A stretch of DNA of 64,000 nt from a virus. Its lineage: Duplodnaviria; Caudoviricetes. A program made the position numbers and the translations under genes. Below are positions 1 to 9,199 of this stretch, piece after piece. Position 1 is the first letter of the stretch; each line of letters begins with the position of its first letter. The stretch is taken from the IMG/VR virus record IMGVR_UViG_3300015214_000026, positions 32,001 through 96,000 of that record. One strand, given 5' to 3'. Below the pieces are notes generated by a model. It saw only the letters and a list, made by a program, of their open reading frames with translations, ran no database searches and was not told the origin of the DNA.

Positions 1-181
1 GACATTGGCTGATATCTTGTCTAAATCCATGATGGATATTGAAAATAGCGGATTTATTATCAGGTTCTATATCTAAAAGATTCATAGATTTAATTAATAA
101 ATTGATAGTAGTAACAATCATAGAATCGGCGATATCCGCGTCAATCGCGGCAGCCTCTTTATTATTCTTAAATAATTCCAT
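1..181 (-). CDS. hypothetical protein, partial (runs off window start)
   Basis: ATG at 181-179 just after the queD stop; frame MELFKNNKEAAAID... stays open to the edge. Confidence 0.6.
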   Translation of the reverse strand, partial: MELFKNNKEAAAIDADIADSMIVTTINLLIKSMNLLDIEPDNKSAIFNIHHGFRQDISQC

Positions 182-193
182 TATATTAAATCC

Positions 194-679
194 TTAATTA
201 TCGAATAAATGCCATGTGGCAGGAGTACCCTGAACCCCAGCCATATTACTTTGAGTTTCGCTGACTTCAATTCTGGTACACCATATGTCTCTGTCACCGG
301 CTAGCTGCTTAAGAAATCCATGCTTTGGGTCATTCATCCATCTGTATAACCAATCTGCGAGACCTTCACAACCAGTTCTTTCTACTTCTACTACTTTAGC
401 TAAGCCGATAGCATCAAGATTAATAAGAGTTTCTTTAAATGGATCATCAATAGCTACTAAAAGAGTATGATCGAACCATTCTTCTAACCATCCCTTGAGA
501 GGACTCAAACTGCCGAAATCGATAACCCAATTCCTAGTATCTAATTCGTTAGTACCGAACTCAAAATAAAATGATGGAGAATAGCCATGTAGAAGATTAC
601 AATGGCTATCAGCCTTCCATTGTCTATAGGCAATAGAACCTAGATTCACGTATCGCTTGGAAGAAAAATACTTATACAT
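194..679 (-). CDS. queD: 6-carboxy-5,6,7,8-tetrahydropterin synthase (QueD/PTPS family)
   Basis: SHCNLLHGY, WVIDFG, FDHTLL, GCEGLA and EVSET motifs; next to queE. Confidence 0.93.
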   Translation of the reverse strand: MYKYFSSKRYVNLGSIAYRQWKADSHCNLLHGYSPSFYFEFGTNELDTRNWVIDFGSLSPLKGWLEEWFDHTLLVAIDDPFKETLINLDAIGLAKVVEVERTGCEGLADWLYRWMNDPKHGFLKQLAGDRDIWCTRIEVSETQSNMAGVQGTPATWHLFDN

Positions 680-1139
680 CTCCTACCAACCTGTATGTCT
701 TTTTAAATACTTCTTTTTCAATACGATATACATCCGTACCATCCAGTTTAGTAGAACAAATATAATCTCCTGGCTCACATAACATTTCTTCACCCCAAGG
801 AGCTTCAAATACAAAAGTATCCAGTCCTACGTATTTAACTGCGTAGCATTTACCTGTAGCTTCCCAGATTTCTGCTACACCTTTTGGTTCAATCTCAAGA
901 AATTTATACCTGTCTTTTAGTTTAGAATTAGACAGAAGATACTGTTCCCCAGCTGACCCTGTTATAAGAACATCGCCCACTTTGGCTATATTTGTAGTCT
1001 CTTTCTTGCCATTAATAATGGTATCTACCTTAGTGCCTGGCTTAATAGCCTGAACCCTAACCCTACCTATTTTCTTGTATTCATTAAGATATTCATCTTC
1101 CTTAGCCATAAGGAACAATTTTACAGCTCGGTTTGTCAT
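672..1139 (-). CDS. conserved phage protein (PGDYG-like motif)
   Basis: APWGEEMLCEPGDYI and VFKKTY; overlaps the queD start. Confidence 0.65.
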   Translation of the reverse strand: MTNRAVKLFLMAKEDEYLNEYKKIGRVRVQAIKPGTKVDTIINGKKETTNIAKVGDVLITGSAGEQYLLSNSKLKDRYKFLEIEPKGVAEIWEATGKCYAVKYVGLDTFVFEAPWGEEMLCEPGDYICSTKLDGTDVYRIEKEVFKKTYRLVGDV

Positions 1140-1216
1140 AGTAGAACCTATTCTTGAGGTTTTAAATAATAGGCGAGTGCTACTGTTTTAAAATAAGACA
1201 TTGTTGTAGTCTCCTA

Positions 1217-2077
1217 TTATGGAAGATTCCATAGAAGATGTGCCTGAATAGTACAGATAAACCCATATCTCATGGCTAACATAGCCGCTCTTTCATGTGA
1301 TCTTCTATTAGCTTCCATATCTAGAATACCCGGTTCCCAAAAAGATACACGTTCCATTTCTTCACTACGTACAGATATATCGGCGTCTTTTCCGAAATAC
1401 CTACTTTCTAACATCTTTTGCGGTTCAGACAAGTAATAATTCATCGGCGAAAGGTAAATCGGGGAATCGAGTTTTAAAGCCCATTCAGGTACGTCATAAT
1501 AAGGGCTATCGGGGTCGAAAGAAATTAGGAATTTGAAGAATACGCTTGAACTATATAGGTTATTATCGCAAGGTTTTAGGTACCTGCCAAATTTTCCATT
1601 CTTTTCATATACTTTTGGACTACATACCACTATTATATTCGGGGAAAGCATTGAAAAGTCTACAGTACCGTTTGTTTCAATTTGAATGGTATCGAATACG
1701 CTAGCTTCTTCTAAACGATTAATAAAATTAATAAAATTCGGCTGCAACATAGGCTCACCACCAGTAATAATTAGATTCCATCTATTATAAGGATCGGTAT
1801 AATCTTGTGAACCTCCATCATACGTAGCATTCCACTTATCAATGGATTCTTTTGCCGCTTCTATTAAGCTATCAAACGTATATACGTCCCCTTTATCGAA
1901 GAAAGCATCACAGAATTGGCACGCGAGATTACAGCCTGTTAACCGAACAAAAACACTTCTTTGCCCGATAAGTGGCCCCTCTCCTTGAAGACTAGCAAAG
2001 ATAGAAGTGACAAGAAGTTCATTACTATTCAACGAAGAATAGTTTTTTCGGCCGTGGATAACATTTTTACCAAACAT
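1217..2077 (-). CDS. queE: 7-carboxy-7-deazaguanine synthase, radical SAM
   Basis: [24 protein letters not shown] (CxxxCxxC), ITGGEP, IETNG, CSPK, QAH. Confidence 0.95.
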   Translation of the reverse strand: MFGKNVIHGRKNYSSLNSNELLVTSIFASLQGEGPLIGQRSVFVRLTGCNLACQFCDAFFDKGDVYTFDSLIEAAKESIDKWNATYDGGSQDYTDPYNRWNLIITGGEPMLQPNFINFINRLEEASVFDTIQIETNGTVDFSMLSPNIIVVCSPKVYEKNGKFGRYLKPCDNNLYSSSVFFKFLISFDPDSPYYDVPEWALKLDSPIYLSPMNYYLSEPQKMLESRYFGKDADISVRSEEMERVSFWEPGILDMEANRRSHERAAMLAMRYGFICTIQAHLLWNLP

Positions 2078-2092
2078 CTTTAAATTCCTGTT

Positions 2093-2656
2093 TTAGCGGT
2101 AGAGTCTACTAAATAGAGACTCTACATCTTTGTCTAAATCGTTCTCTACTGTTACTTTACCAGTAGATTGAATACGGTATTCTGTATAAAATGGAATACG
2201 ATCTTCTTTAGGGCCTATTGTAAAATCAGAATATTCTATAAGCATAGCATCTTTTATTAATATTGCTTGGGGAATACCATACGCTATAATAGGAATTAGC
2301 AAGTCCACAGACGTATTAAACATATCAGCCTGTATTGAATCTAGAGTATCATACACTATGGCTAAATCTTTATAAGCAATTGTATGATCTAATTTTATAA
2401 TAATATCTTCTACAGGGATACCTTTAAACAAATTAATGGTTAATGGGTTATTCGCATGTAAGGATTTAGCGGATAAATGTTCTATTCTGGCTATTTCTTG
2501 TATTTTATCGAATCTAGCCCATAAAGTTCCAGTAAATATATATTCTGGATATTCAGATTCTTCATGCATGACACCTAGTTTATCTAAAAATTTAGGTTTT
2601 AAATCTAGAACATCGCAAAATTTATTAAAAACTTCTCGTTTAATGAAGGTCATCAA
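2093..2656 (-). CDS. hypothetical protein
   Basis: 187-aa ORF in a tightly packed operon. Confidence 0.75.
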   Translation of the reverse strand: MMTFIKREVFNKFCDVLDLKPKFLDKLGVMHEESEYPEYIFTGTLWARFDKIQEIARIEHLSAKSLHANNPLTINLFKGIPVEDIIIKLDHTIAYKDLAIVYDTLDSIQADMFNTSVDLLIPIIAYGIPQAILIKDAMLIEYSDFTIGPKEDRIPFYTEYRIQSTGKVTVENDLDKDVESLFSRLYR

Positions 2657-3084
2657 AAGATTCCTTTTACTTTTTTCAATTCTGTAACTAGCTTAGATTG
2701 TGCTAAACCAATTGCTTTCTTAGATTCTCTTTTATTATTGATAGCAATTTCCGCTAAAGAAGTTATAAATTGAACCAACGAAGCTCTGAGGAATATTGTT
2801 GGAGCGTCAGGATACTGTTTTAGTATTACATGTGCAAACATCGCAAAAATATCGTAATGTAAATGACCGCGTAAAGAATTACAACGTCTACACGCAAATA
2901 ATAAGTTATCTGAATGGTCTGTGCCTCCTAAAGCTCTAGGTATTATATGCTCGATAGAACACTCTTTTCCCGCTTCAATGGGGTTAACCTTGTCACTATT
3001 ATTATAAGGTAACATTGGCCTTTTACAATAGTGACAAGGTTTACCTACACCTTCTTTAGCTTGTACTTTTCTAAATGGTTCCAT
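2653..3084 (-). CDS. HNH endonuclease
   Basis: CHYC...SIEHIIPRALGGTDHSDNLLFACRRCN. Confidence 0.9.
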   Translation of the reverse strand: MEPFRKVQAKEGVGKPCHYCKRPMLPYNNSDKVNPIEAGKECSIEHIIPRALGGTDHSDNLLFACRRCNSLRGHLHYDIFAMFAHVILKQYPDAPTIFLRASLVQFITSLAEIAINNKRESKKAIGLAQSKLVTELKKVKGIF

Positions 3085-3334
3085 CTGTATTTACACAGTC
3101 ATCATTACTAGGAAGATTCCTACTTTCATCAAATGGGCTAAATCCGTACCACTTATCTCGGGCTTTAACGGCGGTATTATACACTTCTAAACAACCTAAC
3201 ATGTATTTTGCGAGTAGAAAATCCGGTGTATTCGAATCGTTTTCTTTACAATGCTTATTAATGATATGCTCAAGGTCTTTTTCAAAATCAGATGTATCGA
3301 CTTCGACTAATACTTCAAAATCAAGATTTGACAT
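3071..3334 (-). CDS. conserved phage hypothetical protein
   Basis: ENDSNTPDFLLAKYM motif; operon packing. Confidence 0.75.
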   Translation of the reverse strand: MSNLDFEVLVEVDTSDFEKDLEHIINKHCKENDSNTPDFLLAKYMLGCLEVYNTAVKARDKWYGFSPFDESRNLPSNDDCVNTDGTI

Positions 3335-3337
3335 TAG

Positions 3338-3886
3338 TTATTCTCTTTCTCTTATAGACTCTACTGGTTTATTTTCTTGATTCTGGTATTTACCCATGTA
3401 TGGCTTTTGTGTTTTATTTACTAATTTAGTAAATAGAATTTGTGCGATCGGATCCCCGGATTTGATATGAATAGGCTTATAGCCTACACATTTCAATTCA
3501 AGTGTAAGCCAGCCTGACCAGCCTGGTTCAATAACAGTATTATGTACAGATAAGCCCTCTCTAACCCATGAAGATTTATCCTTTACTTCCGCTCTAATAT
3601 CCTCCTGTAAATTGAATTTTTCTATAGTAGAAGCCAACATGAAAGAAGGTCGTGGTTCCACGTATTCCTTTCTTGTCAATTTACACCAAACGCTGTATAA
3701 ACCATTAACAACTAAGTTACCTAATGTAACTGGATACAATGTAATTTCTTGCTTAATGCGTACGTCATATCCTGATTCTGCTAAACCATAAGATTTACCA
3801 GATTTCACAGTCTTTTCATAATACGGTGTTATTAACCCGTATTTTATACAGCGTAGTTTAATATGTTGATAAGCTAATCCAGTCAT
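3338..3886 (-). CDS. dcd: dCTP deaminase / dUTPase family
   Basis: GYDVR, DKSSWVREGL, VIEPGWSGWLTLEL, IAQILF, Y.GKYQNQ. Confidence 0.92.
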   Translation of the reverse strand: MTGLAYQHIKLRCIKYGLITPYYEKTVKSGKSYGLAESGYDVRIKQEITLYPVTLGNLVVNGLYSVWCKLTRKEYVEPRPSFMLASTIEKFNLQEDIRAEVKDKSSWVREGLSVHNTVIEPGWSGWLTLELKCVGYKPIHIKSGDPIAQILFTKLVNKTQKPYMGKYQNQENKPVESIRERE

Positions 3887-3888
3887 TA

Positions 3889-4968
3889 CTACACCGCAAT
3901 AGGAGCTTTGATAGTATCATGGCTGATATAATCATCTAGTCTAATATCAGACCATTCATAGTTTTTAGGATCATCATAACGATTATTAATAAACAGCTTA
4001 GGAGATTCACCCGCTGAATACCTAGAAAGTTGTTCTTTAGCCTGATCTTCATGGTTTCTATAAAGATGGCAATCTCCAACAGTGTAAACTAGTTCACCGG
4101 GAATCATATTAACAGTATTAGCCATCAAGTGTGTCAAAAGCGCATATTGAGCAATGTTAAAGGGCATTCCTAAATACGCATCATTTGAGCGAATAACAAC
4201 GTGACAATCTAGATATCTTTCTGGAATACCTTCCTCGTCTAGCTTACGCTTGTTTTTACCGGCCATGGAAGAATCGGACATCCATTGTTCATTAAGATCG
4301 TATAGCTCAGAACGATTAAGCCTTTCTTTCATAGAAAGCGGACGTGTATAGAATTGGAATGTATAATGACAAGGAGGCAACCCGGAAGGAATCATTTCTG
4401 GAATATCAGCTACGTTCCAAGCTGAAACAATCATTCTACGTGATTCGGGGGCAGTCTTTAGATCATTAATAACTTGAGCAATCTGGTCAATACCTCCAAT
4501 AGACCAATTTTTATTATGTTCAGCTGTTACTATTTTCCAATTACGCCATTGATATCCATAAACAGGTCCACAATCTCCCCATTTATCCGCAAATAGCTCA
4601 TTCGAACCCCAATCTCGCCCATTAGTACGAATCTTGTTTTCAAAATCCTCTTTAGTAAGAGGAAAATCATGATTTTCAGCATTATATTTCTTTAGGGGCC
4701 AATCAGTCCATATGCTAACACCATTATCCACGAGATACTTGATATTAGTATCTCCCATGAGCATCCACTTTAGCTCATGAAAAATACCTTTAAACCACAC
4801 TTTCTTTGTAGTAATAAGTGGGAATTGGGTTTCCAAATTAGAGAACCTAAGCTGTCTACCGAATAGGCTCCTAGTACCTGTACCAGTCCTATCCCCACGG
4901 ATAGGTGCTTTCAATAGTTCTTCTAGAATAGTATGATACTGCCTATCAACTGGATTTAGCCACGTCAT
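3889..4968 (-). CDS. thyA: thymidylate synthase ThyA
   Basis: DRTGTGT, FPLITTKK, GPVYGYQWR, LPPCH, RSND..LGMPFN, GDCHLY. Confidence 0.97.
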   Translation of the reverse strand: MTWLNPVDRQYHTILEELLKAPIRGDRTGTGTRSLFGRQLRFSNLETQFPLITTKKVWFKGIFHELKWMLMGDTNIKYLVDNGVSIWTDWPLKKYNAENHDFPLTKEDFENKIRTNGRDWGSNELFADKWGDCGPVYGYQWRNWKIVTAEHNKNWSIGGIDQIAQVINDLKTAPESRRMIVSAWNVADIPEMIPSGLPPCHYTFQFYTRPLSMKERLNRSELYDLNEQWMSDSSMAGKNKRKLDEEGIPERYLDCHVVIRSNDAYLGMPFNIAQYALLTHLMANTVNMIPGELVYTVGDCHLYRNHEDQAKEQLSRYSAGESPKLFINNRYDDPKNYEWSDIRLDDYISHDTIKAPIAV

Positions 4969-5621
4969 CCTATAATCTCCATTATCTTTGATCTTTTTAA
5001 ACCAGTTAAATTAGAAATTTCGCTTATTGATTTACCTTCAGCCCATAATACATTTACCTTTAACTCATTTTTAGATAAATGTTTGTTATTAGCTATATTA
5101 GATTCTAACTTTTCTTTTATCTTCTCTTTTGCTCGATTAAAAGATGACTTTAATGTACCAATAGGTAGATTTAATTTTAAAGAAGCTTCTTCGTAGCTTA
5201 AACCTAGCACACCTATATACGTAAGTATATCTCTATCGTATTTAGGCATAGACCGCATTATTCTAGATAACTGGTCTAGTTCTAATGATTCTTCTTGATA
5301 ACCCTCTATTGGAATATTTCTTGTATAAATATTATCAGTATCTTGAACTTCGAATTTAATTTTTCTTAAATTACTATACCATTCATTACGCAAAATAGTA
5401 AAACACCAAGCTTTAAACCCTCCAGCTTTTACATCAAAATATTTTTCACGGTTTAAAAGAACTTTTAAGAAAGTTATAGATACTAAATCTTCAGCATTTT
5501 CAAAATCTTTTCGTTTAGCGAAATTTAATAAATTAGGACGTATATCTATAAATCTCTTGGTTATTTCTTCTTCTGAAAGCGTTGGACCTTTATTATCATT
5601 GGTAGCGATATTACTATTCAT
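4965..5621 (-). CDS. ECF sigma-70 factor, EcfG/SigT-like, with C-terminal HTH extension
   Basis: AEDLVS..F, FKAWCFTILRNEWYS, GLSYEEAS....PIGTLKS..NRA. Confidence 0.88.
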   Translation of the reverse strand: MNSNIATNDNKGPTLSEEEITKRFIDIRPNLLNFAKRKDFENAEDLVSITFLKVLLNREKYFDVKAGGFKAWCFTILRNEWYSNLRKIKFEVQDTDNIYTRNIPIEGYQEESLELDQLSRIMRSMPKYDRDILTYIGVLGLSYEEASLKLNLPIGTLKSSFNRAKEKIKEKLESNIANNKHLSKNELKVNVLWAEGKSISEISNLTGLKRSKIMEIIG

Positions 5622-6451
5622 AACGCCCCCACGTTTTCAAAAAATTCCATCAATTTAATTGATAGTGTTTGGTTTACTGCTCGTTTCTTTCTGGATTCTA
5701 CAACAGCATTGTCTAGCGTTGTTTGCAAATTAAGTTGTTCTAAATATTTTAAGGTAGATTCCTTCTTTAAAGACGGTTCTAAATCGTATACATGGCAGAA
5801 TGCTTTTATTACCGGATCGCGTAGAAGCCCTCTATTCATATCTGCCGCTGTTTCGGTAATACTACGTAAAGCAAAAATAAGATGGTCTTCGCCATAGACC
5901 TTTAAAGATTTTTTCAAGCAGCCTAAAGCAATTGTATGACCGGGTTTAATTACCTTGTTATCTACAGGATAAGCATTGATAGTTACATTGGCCCGTCTAC
6001 ATATTTCGACTAACCTAATACTATCTTCCAATCCCGCCGCAACTTCTGCTTTGAACGTAGATAATGGAGAAACAGCAGTAATTCCCGCATTAATAGATAC
6101 GAAAGCTAATGCTTGTTCTTCTTTTGTAGCTTCAATTACGTTACAAGGTACTTCGCGTATACCCCGCAAGAAAGCAGCAATAGTTCTATGTTGACCATCT
6201 ACAATTATATACTTGTTGTTAAATAAAGCTACTTGAATAGCGCCAAATTTCTTCCAATCAAATTTAGTAGCTATTTTGACTATGTTACGTTTGCCAGTAC
6301 GAAATACTTTACGCTGAAAGGATTTGTCAATGTTTAATTGAGCTATGTCTATCCACACTAATTCAGATTTCTTTCCTATTTCAGATACGTCCTCTGGTAA
6401 TTCTAAATTAAGCTCCTTAGCTATATCTGAAAGGCAAACAATATCATCCAT
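5618..6451 (-). CDS. ParB/DGQHR-like N-terminal domain protein
   Basis: IDKSFQR, FDWKKFG, IVDGQHRTIAA, EQALAFVSIN. Confidence 0.85.
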   Translation of the reverse strand: MDDIVCLSDIAKELNLELPEDVSEIGKKSELVWIDIAQLNIDKSFQRKVFRTGKRNIVKIATKFDWKKFGAIQVALFNNKYIIVDGQHRTIAAFLRGIREVPCNVIEATKEEQALAFVSINAGITAVSPLSTFKAEVAAGLEDSIRLVEICRRANVTINAYPVDNKVIKPGHTIALGCLKKSLKVYGEDHLIFALRSITETAADMNRGLLRDPVIKAFCHVYDLEPSLKKESTLKYLEQLNLQTTLDNAVVESRKKRAVNQTLSIKLMEFFENVGAL

Positions 6452-6502
6452 ATTAAAATTCCCTAAGTATAATATACTATCTATATTTTACGGTAAGAAG
6501 CG

Positions 6503-6534
6503 AAAAAAGAGGCCGGTAGAATTTCTACCGGCCT
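6503..6534 (-). terminator. intrinsic terminator
   Basis: AGGCCGGTAGA/TCTACCGGCCT stem followed by a U-tract on the minus strand. Confidence 0.85.
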
Positions 6535-6629
6535 AAGTTACGACGAAAGGAAATTAACAACATGACGTAGTAAATATAGACGGACCCATACTTTCTACAT
6601 ACTAGAATTAGGTTATTATTATTTTTACA

Positions 6630-7160
6630 TCAATCACCAGAAGCGTCGTTATCTGTATCTGGCTTAGTTGGATTGGAAAGGCGAACAATGTCAGCCTTCA
6701 ATCTATCAATTTCTTCCATAAGAGCTGCGTTCTGTTGGTTAGCTACTTCTAATTCGTTATTTTCTTTAATTGCTTCCAAAGCGCCTCGTAATTCATCAGC
6801 TTCTTTGATAGCTTCATTCATGGCGGCTATGTTTTCCTTAGCCGCTTCATCGTACTCATTAATTGTGCTATTCAACATATCAATGGTAATATTAAGCTTT
6901 TCGTTTTCTTTAGTAAGCTTAGTCAACTCTTTATTAGTCTTAGCTGCTTTAGTAACCTTGCCGATAGATACATTATATCGACCAAAAGTGTAGACCGAAG
7001 TGCGGTCTTCTCTAAAAGTGTTAGAACTGGCTACAGAAAGGTCTTCAAATTCAATAGTGATAGTAGGTGTATCTAAGGAAAATTCAGAAGGCAAACGCCC
7101 AGACTCTACAACCTCTAACTGATTTCCAACAATTGTAATAGCTTTGATAGGATTTTCCAT
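6630..7160 (-). CDS. coiled-coil protein
   Basis: heptad-rich C-terminal half; AGGA RBS. Confidence 0.75.
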   Translation of the reverse strand: MENPIKAITIVGNQLEVVESGRLPSEFSLDTPTITIEFEDLSVASSNTFREDRTSVYTFGRYNVSIGKVTKAAKTNKELTKLTKENEKLNITIDMLNSTINEYDEAAKENIAAMNEAIKEADELRGALEAIKENNELEVANQQNAALMEEIDRLKADIVRLSNPTKPDTDNDASGD

Positions 7161-7163
7161 AAT

Positions 7164-7409
7164 CTATTTTCCTTTTAGTACCTTATTACCCAATTTAGAC
7201 AGAGAATATCTAGCTATACCACCGTTGAATTTAGGATGCGGTATTAGTTCCCTATCAGGTTCGATTAACCCCGCCTTGACTAATTTTTTAATATAATGTA
7301 AAGCGGGATCATTTTTTGTAAATTTCTCTACTGGTTGGTTATCTTTCATCCATTCCAATGTAGAGACTACTTTCTTCGTTATTCTTATGGTTATTATGCT
7401 ATTTGTCAT
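7164..7409 (-). CDS. small winged-helix-like protein
   Basis: IKKLVKAGLIE...YSLSKLG pattern. Confidence 0.6.
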   Translation of the reverse strand: MTNSIITIRITKKVVSTLEWMKDNQPVEKFTKNDPALHYIKKLVKAGLIEPDRELIPHPKFNGGIARYSLSKLGNKVLKGK

Positions 7410-8064
7410 CTATACCAATAAATTGTGCTAAATCAAGAAGATCAATAAAATAATTGGAAGCTTTGATTAATCTTTTAGATACAGTAAACGGATATGATTT
7501 ATCGTCACCACTAATTAGTTGCTTATTTTCTATTGCGGTAGAAACTCTTTTATGAGAATTACCAATTATTGTTACAGTTATACCTCTAGACTGTAAGGCT
7601 TTAACAATTTCTGTATGTTCCGTATTGCCGGTCATAAAAATAACATGATCTATGTTAATTAGATTCATGCTATCTAGTGCAATAGAAACATCGATACTGG
7701 TCTTTATTCCAATAGAATTTGTATCCGAAAATTCAAATTCTCTGCCACGCTTTAATGTAACCTTGAAGTTGTTATAACTCATCCAATTAACAACGCTATA
7801 CCACCAAGGTTTATCGTCCGTAGATAATTTTAAAGTGTCAATATCTAAATCAAATTCATTGGAATCTACTTCAACGTTTGTAACAGTTAAATAATAATTA
7901 ATATTACGTACTCTTGCTATTTCTGTAAAGAAAGATTGGAATTTATTCCAATCAATTTTCATATCAATCGATCTAGTAGCACTATGCGTGGTATGACCAT
8001 CAATTAAAATAGCTACGCGATCAAATTCTTTGATAATAAGTTCAAGCTTGTCTCTGGCATTCAT
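7399..8064 (-). CDS. NYN/LabA (DUF88) domain protein, probably catalytically degenerate
   Basis: VAILIDG, K..IDVSIALD, DHVIFMTGNTEH (for SGDGDF), LQSRGITVTII, ASNYFIDL. Confidence 0.8.
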   Translation of the reverse strand: MNARDKLELIIKEFDRVAILIDGHTTHSATRSIDMKIDWNKFQSFFTEIARVRNINYYLTVTNVEVDSNEFDLDIDTLKLSTDDKPWWYSVVNWMSYNNFKVTLKRGREFEFSDTNSIGIKTSIDVSIALDSMNLINIDHVIFMTGNTEHTEIVKALQSRGITVTIIGNSHKRVSTAIENKQLISGDDKSYPFTVSKRLIKASNYFIDLLDLAQFIGIDDK

Positions 8065-8076
8065 TACTCTAAACCC

Positions 8077-8742
8077 TTATATAAGCTGTATTAAAAAATC
8101 TGTGTGATAAGTTTTATTTATAAACATAATATGTGAAGGAGTTTCCTTATATCCATGTATGCGTTCATTAAGCTCCACACTATTTACTAATCTCCCTGTT
8201 TTTAATCCTATTTTATAGGATAAATGAAAAGCTTCTATTTCGAATTTTTCTATTAAATTTTCAGCACCTTTTAATTTTAACATAAGAAGCCTATTAGGAT
8301 ATACTATATCGCCTAATTTATCTATTATATGTTCATAATAAATAGAATTTACTATGGTGGCTACTTTAAATAAACGTATGTATTCAGTTTCTATAGATTC
8401 TGAAAAATCAATACCTATAATCAATTTAGTAATAGATTCGTCTTGAGCATAACCATAAATATAATTATAACCCAGCATAGTTGAATTTTCGAATAAATTC
8501 ATTTTAGAAGTTAATAAATATGTATATAAGTAATTTTCAAATTCTTTGGCTTCCTTTAAAAAAGATATAATCTTGAATTTTAAACCAAGGTATGTGATAT
8601 ATTTAGATAGCCTAATTGCGGATTGCTGTAAGCTCTCAACGTCCAAATTAAAATCACCTATAGGTCTGTAAGGGTAATAATCAGGGAAAACATCGGCATC
8701 AGGTATTCGTGAAAAATTACTTATTACAGCTTTTATATTCAT
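8077..8742 (-). CDS. hypothetical protein
   Basis: 221-aa ORF in operon. Confidence 0.7.
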   Translation of the reverse strand: MNIKAVISNFSRIPDADVFPDYYPYRPIGDFNLDVESLQQSAIRLSKYITYLGLKFKIISFLKEAKEFENYLYTYLLTSKMNLFENSTMLGYNYIYGYAQDESITKLIIGIDFSESIETEYIRLFKVATIVNSIYYEHIIDKLGDIVYPNRLLMLKLKGAENLIEKFEIEAFHLSYKIGLKTGRLVNSVELNERIHGYKETPSHIMFINKTYHTDFLIQLI

Positions 8743-8749
8743 AAATCAC

Positions 8750-9199
8750 CTAATGATAAGAACTGTTTTGCAAGTGCCAATGCCAATAAGCGGGTACAGG
8801 ATCGCCTCTATATAAATATTGATTCATTATAGAAATAAGTAGAACTGTGAACTTATGTTGATATTGAGGATTATTTAAAATAGCCATAAGTATTAATTGA
8901 ATACAACCTACATAAGATAGCAATTCCACTCTATGCGTACAATCTAGTACTACGCATTCTATTTTACCCGCATTAATCTGTATAAATTCTTCTAAAGGTT
9001 TACCTTTAAATTCATCATTAAATATACGCATAGATTCTTCAATTTTATTAAAATCTTTGTAATATTCAAATAATTCTTCTAAATTGGGCGAATATTCATT
9101 TTTCTTTAACTCTTTATATAAAGAGGTTTCCAAGCTTAAAAATGTATTGTAAACGGCTACTTCTATGTGAAAAGGATTTAATAAATTTGTATTACTCAT
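8750..9199 (-). CDS. hypothetical protein
   Basis: 149-aa ORF overlapping the clamp-loader stop. Confidence 0.7.
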   Translation of the reverse strand: MSNTNLLNPFHIEVAVYNTFLSLETSLYKELKKNEYSPNLEELFEYYKDFNKIEESMRIFNDEFKGKPLEEFIQINAGKIECVVLDCTHRVELLSYVGCIQLILMAILNNPQYQHKFTVLLISIMNQYLYRGDPVPAYWHWHLQNSSYH

